Assembly (NCBI GenBank): GCA_030390025.1
Contig: CM059425.1
Coordinates: 166,782,001-166,846,000, forward strand
DNA length: 64,000 bases
Source of the DNA: Squalus acanthias
Taxonomy: Eukaryota
Direction of reading: 5' to 3'
The notes under the pieces are model-generated. The model worked only from the letters and a program-made list of their open reading frames with translations. It made no database searches and was not told where the DNA came from. Positions 26,091-38,402 of this stretch are shown here, piece by piece (position 1 is the stretch's first letter; each line of letters begins with the position of its first letter). Both the position numbers and the translations under genes were made by a program.

Positions 26091-27119
26091 GTTTGCAGCA
26101 GTCTGGGCTGGCTGACAGGCAACAGCAAGGACACTGGCAGAGTGGCAGTGGTGGGAGTACGAATGCTGTCATCCTAAGAGAGAACAGCAGGTTCTTCCTC
26201 CATGGAGCCACTGCCACTTCCCCAGGGCGTTGCCTCAGCATTCCTAGCCATCTGTTGGGGGACAGATTGCTGGAGTGCTGTGAGACCTTGCAAGCCCCTT
26301 TCCACACTCATAAACCCAGCCACGATGGCAGCAGTCTAAGCTTCCAGTGCAGCACTGAGACGTTGGGTCGCTTCCGCCTGTGCTGCAATGGAAGCTGCAA
26401 CATCGCCCATCACACCCAGCATCATAGTTGGGTTCACAAGATCTCTTGTGGAGTTGCACATCATTTCCATCCTGGAAATCACGGGCTCCAAGCTCTGTGC
26501 AAAGCCCCGTGCAATGTTGGAGCCCGACTCCTCCATGCTCCTTGACACTTACAAGAGGCTCTCTGGCAGGCTTACAATTGCACCAAGCATTTCTGTGTGC
26601 ATGCCTATCATCCTTCTTCTGAAGGCTGCCCCATCGAGGTCACCATTTGAGTCCTGTGCAGCAGAACTTGTGTGTGCACTCGCCCTCCGGGGAGCTGGCA
26701 CCCGAGCTACCTTTTCCCCCTGGCCTGGCTGCAGCCCACTCATGCCCGGTGACTCATCATGTGCAGATCCCGCCTCTATACTACCCTTTAAAGTCTGCAC
26801 AGTGCCATTTTTTGAGCTGGTACCTGTGAATGTCAGGTGCAGTGCCAGTATGTCATCTTCTTCTTCACTCTCTTCTTCCATTGCTTTGGGGACTGGCTGT
26901 GCTGGTGGAACTTCTTTATTATCTGAAAGGAGAAAGGCACAAGGGTCGGGTTGTGGTGAGGGGATGGGGAGAAAGCAAGATATCCATGGATTCACCATCA
27001 GTAGCTTGTAGGTGTGAAGAGATTGTGGGATGAAGTGGGATGTGAGAAGAAGGATTAGGTATGACCATACCGTCATCATCAGCAACGCTTTTAACTTTGC
27101 CGCTCACCACAGACTCAAT

Positions 27120-27878
27120 GGGCTGGATTTTGAATGACCCATGGAGTCGGGTTTGGAGGCGTGTGGGGGGTTAAATTTGCGGGGTCGGGGTTTCCGACCC
27201 CATCCCGACTCCATCCCGCCTCCACGCAATTTTGACATAATCAGTTGCGGGGTTCCCGACTCCATCCCGCCTTCAAGAGGCGGGAGAGGCCATTAAAACC
27301 CTTAACAAGCTCTAAATTGGCTCTGTAATGCCATTTTGAAATGCTGTAGCTAGTTTAACCCTCTTCTGACATGAAGCACGCCTGGTGTGAAACACTCCAG
27401 TGAAACCTGGCGGGAGCACAAGTGGATAGCTGACTATCGGCTGCAGGTCCACTATTACAACGGAGATGTGATGAAATTAGTAGTAGTATTGTGATGAAGG
27501 TAGTAGTAGTATTAGGTCTGAACGCTGCCTCTGATGCTGCTGCATTGAATGTCTTCAGAGACTGCCTGGGAGGACTTGCTTGGCAAAAAAATTCTCTCTC
27601 TCTCTCTCTCTGTCCTCTACACCACCACCCACATCAAAAGCCAGGCAGGTCCTCTCTCACCAACAGTCTCTGAGACTAGCCAGTCAGCAATGATGACATC
27701 ATCAGAGGCGGCTTTCAGACTGAAAACACTAATTAGTTCATGGGTTCCCACATGCTCCAACTCAATTGCCCAATTAAGTGAAAATTGCATCATTCATCCA
27801 CATTAATCTGGAGTCGGGGGGGAAACACGAAATGCGGATTACACGACCCCAACCCGACCCCAAGACAAAATCCAGCCC
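27120..27878. mobile_element. Harbinger/Tourist-like MITE inside Myb exon 2
   Basis: 13-bp TIR GGGCTGGATTTTG / CAAAATCCAGCCC, with TSD AAT at 27117-27119 and 27879-27881. Confidence 0.85.
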
Positions 27879-30400
27879 AATGACTGCCCCTCCAATGATT
27901 TCCAGCACTGCTTCCTCCAGCTCTGTCAGGTTCTGCAGACGGGCTTCCTCTCCACCCGTCTGCTGCTGCTCCCGGTGGTTATACGACACTTTTGCCTGCA
28001 AGAGAAAGGCAAGTGTATCAGTGAATGTGGTGCAATGTCTTTGGGTGATGTGCCTGTCATGGTTGAATAGCTGGCAGGGTGTGCAAGGTGTGAGATGTGG
28101 CCGTGTGTCTTGCAGCATTGTTAAGTGTGTGAGGGTGAAGTGAAGCAATGATTGTGAGGTATGAGTGGTGATTGCCAGAAATTGTTGGTAGGTGAGTGAT
28201 GGGGTGTGGTGCATTGAGCAGTGTGTGAAGCTAGTGGGGCAGTTGGTGGGATATGGCATTTCAAGATGCATTCACTGACCTTGACCACTTGTGTGAGGTC
28301 ATTAAATATCTTGCGGCACTGGATCCAGGTCCTTGGGACAACACTTATTGCACTGACAGCTTCAGCTATCTCCTCCCACATCCTTCTGGCATTCTGCCTG
28401 GAAGGCCTCCTGCACCCCTGCAGGTAGAGGACCTGATGGCATCATTGAACTCCCAGGACCAAGGCCTCCAGTGCCGCATCGGAAAATCTCCTCGCCCTCT
28501 CTCTTCCCTGTTGGGCCATGACTCTCTCCACAATGACAATGAGGTGCTTCTGCAACAAAGCACCTCCCCTTTAAGTAGTGGAGAGAGCCTAGGCCACACT
28601 TTATTGGGCAGTAGACTGCACCCGATATTGGCCCCCCTGTTCAGCACTAAGCCAATCAGCAGTGCGTTTAGCGCTGAGATCAGCCCTGCAATCCTTATAA
28701 TGAGCAGGCAGCATAAATTTTGCACATCGCGCATTGCGCTGCCCGCACCCGTTCTTGGGCCTTATCCAATTTCTAGGCCAATCTTCATCTATTGGTTGCA
28801 CGAAAGCAGCTTGTCAATTTAGACCCTAGAGTCAGCACTGACAATCGTCAGTGAAATGATTCTCATCCTTAGGCTATCAGGGTGTTCATTTTAACCTTGG
28901 TCGCAATACCTGGTTGACAATCATTGTCAACTATGGTAGAGATGTGTGTATCCTGATCTGAACTGAACTGAACTGAGGTAAAACATGATGCAAATCCCTA
29001 CAGAAGGTAAATACTATCTATTTTCAAGCCACTTCTGAAAAATGCATGATGAATATAGGGTAGAAATCACTGTTGCAAATAATAGGAGACCAACATTTAG
29101 CTTTTTGGTGTGACATCCTTTCTCCACTATTTTAATGGAGGCACTGGCCCTAAAAATCCGGGGAGCAACACATCTTGGTGTATGTGCTGAGATGCACTTG
29201 CCCCAGACCTCTATTGCTGACCCTACCAAAATGCGCAGGGTGAAGTGGGTGTTCCGCTGATGATAAGGATAATACTTGGACTAAGGACTCTTAGCACGGA
29301 GACAAGCACACATAGCTGAACTTGTTTTCACTGGAGAAAAGATCATTGAGTGGAACATGATCTAGATTTCATGTTCTAGATCTTTAAATTGCTGAGAAGC
29401 TTTGAAATTATAATTATAAGATGACTTATAAACTGGACTGTGAGAAGAAATTTAAAGAACACAAATACACAGTTCACAAATTGCAAATGAGATTAGGAAT
29501 CCCACTGAAAGCAATTAATTCTGTCTCAGTTTTCTGAGAGTTGCGATAATGCAAGACTTGCTTTCTAACATCTTTTAAAAAGAGATGGCTAAAAATCTGA
29601 TTAAGAATGGGAATTGATCATTAGGGATAAGTATTAACAAATGCTCTATGGAGCACAATGGTTTCAGTACCTTGACAGTGTCATTTATTTAATGCAACCG
29701 GTCAGGAATGAATAATGTTAGAATGATATTCTGGAACTTTGATAAATTACTGGAGGGAGGAGCAGGGAGAAATTTCATTGACCTTTATCTTCTTGTAAGT
29801 TTGCCTGTGCTTAGTTACTTCTCTCAGTAAATTAAATATGATTGGTAGAGCCTGTAATAAGAAAATTGTATATGGCCTGTGGAAAGAAGAGGCAGAAAGA
29901 TGGGTTTGATCCAAGTTTTCTTATGTTCTTATGCACCATATTTTAAGTTTTCCACAGAACCGCTACACGGGTGATTCTAGGATTTAAGGATGAGGAAGAA
30001 GCTTTATTTGCTATTGGACATTGCTGATGTCATTATATCCTCCAAGCTTAAAAGCTTTATATTAAGAGCTACCATGATATGGATAAAAGGTAAGACAACG
30101 GCAGGAGGAGTAAATGAATTCATAAATCATAGGCAACAATCAGATCATTTGGTAAAGCATCTTTAAAGACCAAGAAGCACATCCTATTAAGCAGTCAGCT
30201 GTATTGTAGAATTGCATTATACACAGCAATGCACATCATTTATGAAACTGTATAAATGATTCAATTCATAGCCATAAAATTTGAATTGTGCACAAAAAAA
30301 CAGTTTTGAAAAAAACAATTTGCTGACACAATTGTGTGCTTGCTGATCATTCTGGTGGTCCCATGGCTCTGATGATATCTCATCTCTGAAGATGTTCAGA

Positions 30401-31490
30401 TTACGGAGAGGTGTCATGAACTACGTGTGGAGGAGGTAGCCCTTGTCCCCTGGTAGTCATCCATTGACATCTGAGATGGATGGCTACATGTGTAGAGTCT
30501 ATAACAACCTGGACTGGTGTGGGGGTGGTGGGAGGTGTGGGGGGGGGGGGGGGGGGGGGGGGCAGGCAGGTGCAGCGAGCTACTGTAGCAATTCCCACAG
30601 TCCTTTCATTCTGACTGCTGGCATCCATTAGTAAACTGATGTAATCGTTGGCCCCGACAAAGAGGGTATTAGTGCTCTATTTTATTCCTTTATGGACTGC
30701 AAACTGACTGAGGCAAGAAATATCACCTATTATAGCCTGGAAGGAGCCCAAGGCAAAGAAGGTAAGGGTGGTGGTGACTTTCACTGCTACAGGCAAAGCA
30801 TGTCTTGCTGCAGGAGGCTGTAAAAGTCTTTGACTGCCTTTCTTGAGAATCACAGCCTCCCCATGCACAGCTCCTTAGACGAGTCCAGTGTAGTGACTCG
30901 AGGCCTGTACACCCTATGAGCTGAGTAAGGCCTTTATTCGAGCAGCCCCCTTTATGTGTGGTCTCCTGAGACAGGTCTCCTGTTGCTTCTTGTGTTTGAC
31001 CAGCTTACTGCTACTGTTGCTCCTGTATCTCCTTTTTTTGCAACCAAACTAAAGTGCCAAGAATGACACCCATCACAAGCTCTGTGCTTATTGAGAGTCT
31101 GGAAGCAGAATAAATGTTGAAAAAAAGCAAGCTCCAAGGCAAATTCTGCTGTGGAAATCCAATAAATGCTATAGCAAACAGACACCAATGATTGGAGTGC
31201 TTGCGGATGAGTGCCCCTTTAAATACCGCTTGCAATTGCTCTTTTGAAGCCAATCCCATTAAGTTTTACTCAGCAGGTTCAGCACTGGGTGGAACTTCCG
31301 TTTTTACATGTTAAAGTTGCATCAGGGTCCTAATGACATCATAGGACCCCGATATATATACATTAATGAGGCTCCTGCCTGCTTCCGGCGGGACACCTCA
31401 GCTGCCTAAGAAAATTCTGGAGTTAAGATGGTAGCATGTAACCCTAGTTTTCCTTTTTGGTTAGGGCAAACCAATCTTGCAGTGGGGCCT
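30401..31490 (-). pseudogene. Old Harbinger transposase remnant with 5' flank
   Basis: ALPVAVKVTTTLTFFALGSFQ, SQFAVH, VIDSTHVA. Confidence 0.7.
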
Positions 31491-33916
31491 CAAACAGGCA
31501 TTAGGCCCTTTTTTTTTATTCGTTTACGGGATGTGGGCGTCGCTGGCAAGGCCAGCATTTATTGCCCTTGCAAAGGTCCAAATGCTTGTTTCAGGCGTGG
31601 CCACTGCACACCAATTTTTTTTGGCCCTTACCAATATGGTGGTCGGTGCACTTTCCGCTCATAATGATTGCCAAAAAACAATTTCACCCATTCTTTCATT
31701 GTATGTGTGATCTGCATTCCCACTCTCATTTGATAGTTGTTGTCAGCTGTAATGCAAAACAGGCTTTTCCTCTGATATCACTCTACCATGCTCAAAACAA
31801 GGAGTGGTCAATAAAAGTCAATGACAGTATAGTTCCATTTTAACCAGAAAAGATAGAGAGAAATTATAGCTCTACTTTTGTGATGCATTAGTAAGAGAGA
31901 AATCTCCTTTGGCATGTAGTCATGTCTTAGCACTTACCATCTGGTATTCACACTAATGACCCCGTACTTAGACAACCTTCCTTTATTAATTGCCAACCAA
32001 AATAAATCACATACTTATTACAGCATAATTTAATACTTTCTCTCAAAACTAGAACCAGTGATGGGTGACTCATTGGGACTAATTATCAGCAGAATTTTTG
32101 AGGATGCCTAAGCAATGGGTCAACTTACTGAAAGCTAGGAGGCTATTTGCAATGCTCATCAAGGTCCCAATGTTTATCTGAATGCTTTGTCCTCCCAATA
32201 ATGTCACAAGAGCATGTGGGCAGGACTCCAGATGCTCAATGCCTATTTGCAATGAGTGTGTCAGGGAAGACCTGCCTCACACTGTGAATTGTACCTTTCT
32301 GGGTGGCCCTCTCCTCAACATAGGCAACCTCTCTTTTCTGAAACTTCTTCCCTTTGGTTCCCAATGCCCAATCAGGGCATTGGAACCATTCTTTTGGAGA
32401 TTGTGAAGACAAACCTTTATTTCTGTGTTGCAGTATAATTTTTTGGTCATGATATTGCATCTCAAAACCATTACTGCATCACTCTGCTTGACATCAAAGT
32501 GATGAAAATGACTTATTGGGATTCTGGCTATTCTCTGTCTACAGGTAACTTTTCAAAGTCAGATATGATGAATTATTCAAATGCACGTTCTCACCATTGA
32601 GATTATATATATATATATATATATTATGATCCTTTATTTGTCAAAATGCATCCATTTTACTTGCATACCACGACTAGAGCTTTTTGATAGACAAATTGAA
32701 TGTCACTTATGTAGCCATTGTCCATCTATCTTTAGCCACTTTTCATTTAACATCCTTGTTCATATCAGAATCTAGATCGCTGCCATATTTTAATGGAGAA
32801 TTTAAGTAGTTCATAATCAAGGCAGAAGTAGAAAGCAAATCAACATTCTGGTCAGTTTTGTTTATGTCCATCTGTATTGTGCTACTGGCATGAAAAATTG
32901 AAAGCTAGCCAAACAGTTTGTCAAAGATTATAATGCAACCAAATTGGCTGCTTTGAATATTTTAATGTTACTGCAGGGCATATCAGTCAAAGGGAGCAAC
33001 AACCAGAACAGCAAAGAATGCACATATAGCTGGATGAATCTTTTATCTGAAGGAACTGATATCTTAACAGTTCCTGCTCTAGAAAAAAAAAGACGTGCAT
33101 TATTACACTGTTTCACACTTTCTGCCAACTCTCTGGCTCCACTTCAACCCCTTCTAACTGATGGATTGTTGTTTAAAACTCAACTGGTTCACTAATGTCC
33201 TTCACAGAAGGCAAACTACCACCCTTATATGCGACTCTGATCATATTCGAGGTAGTTGATTCTGAATGCATTCTGAAGTGGTCTAGCAAGCCACGTAATT
33301 GGGAATGTTGACAAAAATATAACAGTGGCCTTGTTCTGACCCATACAGAGTTGGACATCCTAAAGAGTGCTGAGAGGCAGCTTACATTTCTTACTAAATA
33401 TTAAATCCTCTTTATACTTGTAATAAAATTATTATATCTGGCAGAAGTAAATGAATATTCAGGTCCTTATTGATTGGGAAAATGATTTGTTGCAGTAAGT
33501 GATTAGTTATTTCTCAGATCTGCTCAGAAATTGGCATCTTCGTTGCTTCCAGGATTTTAATTCAAAATTGCAGTACTCGGGTAGCAAATCGCACTCCATG
33601 AAATTAGTGCAAGAATCACTTGCCCTATGAATTGACTGTCACATATATTCTAGAGAGCCCAAAGCTCACTTTGGCCATGTATTGTAGGTCAGTTATCTGG
33701 CTGCTTCACTGAAGTATAAGAACATAAGAACATAAGAAATAGGAGCAGGAGTAGGCCATTCGGCCCTTCGAGCCTGCTCCGCCATTCAATGAGATCATGG
33801 CTGATCTTCCGCCTCAATTCCATTCACCGGCCTTATCACCATATCCCTTGATGCCCTTACTAGTCAGAAATCTATCGACTTCTGTTTTGAATATACCCAA
33901 TGACTGAGCCTCCACA

Positions 33917-35296
33917 TATAGAGTGGATAAAGGGGAACCAGTGGACGTAGTGTATTTAGACTTCCAAAAGGCATTTGACAAGGTGCCACACAAAAGATTA
34001 TTGCTTAAGGTAAAAAATCACGGGATTGGGGGTAATATTCTGGCATGGATAGAGGATTGGCTATCTAACAGAAAGCAAAGAGTTGGGATAAATGGTTCAT
34101 TCTCAGACTGGCAATCAGTAACTAGTGGTGTTCCACAGGGGTCAGTGCTGGGTCCCCAACTCTTCACAATCTATATTAACGATTTGGAGGAAGGGACCAA
34201 GTGTAACATATCAAAATTTGCAGATGATACAAAGATGGGAGGGAAAGTAGTGAGTGAGGAGGACATAAAAAACCTGCAAGGGGACATAGACAGACTAAGT
34301 AAGTGGGCAGAGATTTGGCAGATGGAATACAACACTGGAAAGTGTGAGGTGATGCACTTTGGCAGGAAAAATCCTAGAGCAATTTATTATCTTAATGGCA
34401 AGAAACTGGAGAGTACTGAAGTGCAAAGGGATCTGGGGGTCCTGGTGCACGAAACTCAAAAGGTTAGTATGCAGGTGCAGCAAGTGATTAAGAAGGCAAA
34501 TGGAATGTTGGCTTTCATTGCTAGGGGGATAGAATATAAAAATAGGGAGGTATTGCTTCAGTTGTACAAGGTATTGGTGAGACCGCACCTGGAATACTGC
34601 ATACAGTTTTGGTGTCCTTACTTAAGGAAAGACATCCTTGCTCGCGAGGCAGTGCAAAAAAGGTTCACTCGGTTAATCCCGGGGATGAGGGGGTGGTCAT
34701 ATGAGGAGAGGTTGGGTAGATTGGGACTCTACTCATTGGAGTTCAGAAGAATGAGAGGCGATCTTATTGAAACATATAAGATTGTGAAGGGGTTGGATCG
34801 GGTGGATGCGGGGAGGATGTTCCCGATGACGGGTGAGACGAGAACTAGGGGACATAGTCTTAGAATAAGGGGCTGCTCTTTCAAAACTGAGATGAGGAGG
34901 AACTACTTCACTCAGAGGGTGGTAGGTCCATGGAATATGCTGCCACAAAAAGCTGTAGAAGCTACAACATTAATTAAATTTAAAACAGAAATAGACAGTT
35001 TCCTGGAAGTAAAGGGCATTAAGGGTTACGGGGAGCGGGCAGGAATTTGGACATGAGTCTAGGTTCGGATCGGTCATGGCCCTGTGGGTAGTGGAGCGGG
35101 CCCAGGGACTGTGTAGCCTGATTCTGCTCCTATTTCGTGTGTGCAATTCTGTTAGATGCAGGAGATGGTTCTGTGATAGATAGTAGATTGGCGGTTAGGA
35201 TCAGATCAGCCATGATCTTATTGAATGGCGGAGCAGGCTCGAGGGGCCGATTGGCCTACTCCTGCTCCTATTTCTTATGTTCTTATGTTCTTATGT
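33917..35296 (+). mobile_element. 5'-truncated CR1 insertion
   Basis: TSD TCCACA at 33911-33916 and 35297-35302, with a (TTCTTATG)n tail. Confidence 0.85.
33923..35056 (+). pseudogene. CR1 ORF2 C-terminal 377 codons (open but 5'-truncated)
   Basis: YLDFQKAFDKVPH, GVPQGSVLGP, KFADDTK, RPHLEYC, RRMRGDLIE. Confidence 0.92.
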
Positions 35297-35789
35297 TCCA
35301 CAGCCCTCTGGGGTAGAGAATTCCAAAGATTCACCACCCTCTGAGTGAAGAAATTTCTCCTCATCTCAGTCCTAAATGGCCGACCCCTTATTCTGAGACT
35401 GTGACCCCTGGTTCTAGACTCCCCAGCCAGGGGAAACATCCTCCCTGCATCTACCCTGTCAAGCCCTGTAAGAATTTTGTATGTTTCAGTGAGATCACCT
35501 CTCATTCTTCGAAACTCTAGAGAATATAGGCCTAGCCTACTCAATCTCTCCTCAAAGGACAATCCCCCCCCCCAGGAATCAGTCTGGTGAACCTTTGTTG
35601 CACTCCCTCTATGGCAAGTATATCCTTCCTTAGGTAACGAGAACAAAACTGTACACAATACTCCAGGTGTGGTCTCACCAAGGCCCTATATAATTGCAGT
35701 AAGACGTCTTTACTCTTATACTCCAATCCTTTTGTAATAAAGGCCAACATACTATTTGCTTTCCTAATTGCTTGCTGTACCTGAATAAT

Positions 35790-36437
35790 GGGCCGTAATT
35801 TGCGGCCCCTATGGGTGCGTACGAGGTGTGCACGCGCCCGAAGGACCTCGCAAGTTCTGGGTTTAGGCATGCACTGTGCATGCACGAAAACCTGGAATTT
35901 GTGGTCTATCATCTGGGAAAAGGGCCTCTGTGGGCAGAGAGTTGGACTATTTGCTCAACATCTACCCAGTGAATGCCTGTTAAATTCTTCCGCCTGGTAA
36001 GAGTTTTAAAAAACAGAAAAATAATTTTTTTCAATAATTTATACATTTAAAAACCTGTGCAATAAGGTAAGTTTATTTTTAGCCCCTTTAAAACATGTAA
36101 ATTTATTTTTCAAAAAATTAAATTTTAGTTTTAAATATTTAATTAAATGCCATTTTAATTTATTTTAAATATGTCATTTTTTTTTATTGTATATAAAGTG
36201 TATAGGTATTTCTTGGTGTAATCCCATTCATGCTTATGGGGATTCCCTCTGTCATTCATTGGGCCGGCCCACGTGATGCCAGGGGTGCTTGCGAACCACG
36301 TGTGCCCCTGGGATACATGGGCCTCTACACATGTCTACGCATAGAGGCCCAGGAGCGCGAGTCTCGTGGATCCTGAGGCAGAAGGTAAGTTTGTAGATTT
36401 TTTGCCGGTCAGAGGCATCCGCCCGCAATTCAGGACC
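35790..36437. mobile_element. Harbinger-type MITE
   Basis: GGGCCGTAATTTGCGG ... CCGCAATTCAGGACC, flanks AAT/ATT. It cleanly interrupts CR1 coding sequence. Confidence 0.7.
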
Positions 36438-37228
36438 ATTAACTTTCAGCGATTCGTGTACAAGGACTCCCAGGTCCCTCTGAACACCAACATTTCCCAA
36501 TCTCACCATTTCAGAAATACTCTGCCTTTCTATTTTTCCTACCAAAGTGGATAATTTCACATTTCTCCACATTAGATTCCATTTGCCATGTTCTTGCCTT
36601 CTCGCTTAACCTGTCTATATCCCCTTACAGCCTCTTTGCCTCCTCCTCACAGCTTACATTTCCACCCAGCTTTGTATCATCAACAAACTTGGATATATTA
36701 CATTGGGTCCCCTCATCCAAATCATTGATATAGATTGTGAATAGCTGAGGCCCAAGCACTGATTCTTGCGGTACCCTACTAGTTACAGCCTGCCAACCCA
36801 AAAATGACCCATTTATTCCTACTCTCTGTTTTCTGTCCGTTAACCAATCCTTAATCCATGCTAGTATATTACCCCCAATCCCAATCCCTAATTTTGTTTA
36901 ATAATCTCTTGTGTGGCACCTTATTGAATACCTTCTGAAAATCCAAATACGCTACATCCACTGGTTCCCCCTTATCTATCCTGCTAGTTACAACCTCAAA
37001 AAACTCTAAGAGATTTGTCAAACATGATTTCCCTTTCATAAATCCGTGTTGACTCTGCCCAATCCTATTACTACTTTCTAAGTGCCCTGTTACCACGTCC
37101 TTAATAATAGATTCTAGCATTTTCCCTACTACTGATGTCAGGCTAACTTGTCTGTAGTTCCCCTTTTTCTCTCTCCCTCCTTTCTTAAATAGTAGGGTTA
37201 AATTTGCTACCTTCCAATTCGTGGGAAT

Positions 37229-37792
37229 CATTCCAGTGGTTTGACCTTGACCACTGGTCTCAGGTCATGAAACTACTTTGGGCACTGGAGCCAGGTCCTG
37301 GGGGTGACACTGCTGGCAGTGACTGCCTCAGCAATCTGGTCCCACAGCCTTCTTTCTGGAGGGCCTCCTGGACCCCTGTGGGTAGAGGACCTCTCTTCCA
37401 GTCTTCACCCACTGCAAAAAGGCCTCGAGTGCTGCGTCCGAGACCCTGGGTGCCCTTTCCCTGGCCTGTTGAGCCAAATGGGTTACAGCTGAAGCACTCT
37501 TAACATTTTTCATCACCAGAAGGCAGCTCATCATTAAGAGGTGCAGACTGCCTTTAGGAGGCACAGGCTAGCTTTTATGTAAAGCTAGCCTCGCGCGAAC
37601 ATCGAGAATTTGGGACCTACTGAGCGCACAGCCTGTCAGCAGCATGTTCAGCACTGGGCTGTGCGCTACAATCATTATAATTAGCAGGCAGCATGAATTT
37701 GATATGCTGCCTGAGCTCCTCTCAACGGCCGCAGACATATTGCACATCATGGTGCTCGCGCCTTTTTTTATGCGTTATCGAATTTCACCCCC
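37229..37792 (-). mobile_element. Harbinger half-element (TIR to Myb exon 1)
   Basis: End AATTTCACCCCC; AQQARERAPRVSDAALE. Confidence 0.7.
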
Positions 37793-37804
37793 TTTGTCTT
37801 TTGG

Positions 37805-38402
37805 GTGACCGACTGGCGGAGCACACTGGCCATCCAGCCATTCTGGCGGCGAAGTGGCCACCATGATTTTGAGGCTCCGGCCTTATTTACAATCAGCAGG
37901 CGACCTCCAGGGCGTCAAACAGGTGTCCCGACCCAGCTCGCCGGATTCAGCACAGGAAAATGGTCCAGAGCTGCCACCAGGAAGATAAGTTGCGGGGTGG
38001 GGGGGGTTGCGATCCCAGAGGGTGGGGGTCCTGAGGCCGCAGGAGCCCATATTATTTCTGTGGGCCCCAGAGCTGCAGCAGTGCTCCTCCAGGGCCCAGA
38101 AAAATAAGTCAAGACTCACCTTGGCTGGCCCTCCACTCTTCCATCACCCGTGGAACTGATGAGAACTAGTTTGTACCAAAAATGGCAATCAGGATCTTAT
38201 TTACGTCATAGGACCTCGATTTCCATATTAAAAGCAGCCTATCACCTGAGTCAGGCAGGCGCTTTGGACAGCCGGTGGTAGGCAACTTTTTAAATGGCAC
38301 CGGCCGTATCGCTGGTGTTAACGTGGCAGTAAGACGACTGACATCATTTTGAGGCCGTTACTGCCCCATTAATGGCAGGCGAGGTTGCTCAAAATTGACC
38401 CC
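37805..38402. mobile_element. GC-rich Harbinger-type MITE remnant
   Basis: Ends CAAAATTGACCCC. Internal motifs are shared with 31300-31450 and 42553-43076. Confidence 0.4.

Larger units (their letters stand above)
24950..28779. mobile_element. Harbinger transposon, central deletion, same family as 5583-20988 in opposite orientation
   Basis: Ends GGCTGGGAAATTG and revcomp GGCCTAGAAATTG. Transposase 5' part on + (25427-about 26090) abuts the Myb gene on - (28519 down to about 26090). Confidence 0.8.
33718..37225 (-). mobile_element. CR1 LINE 3' part, interrupted by a + strand CR1 (33917-35296) and a MITE (35790-36437)
   Basis: (TTCTTATG)n tail at 33718. RT fragments at 35303-35786 and 36441-37225. 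Confidence 0.85.

Noticed and set aside
30539..30562. Poly-G tract giving poly-Gly/Pro ORFs
   Set aside because: A simple homopolymer within a dead transposase.
32050..32545. Possible host exon or zinc-finger relic
   Set aside because: The frames I read have stops and there is no recognisable motif.
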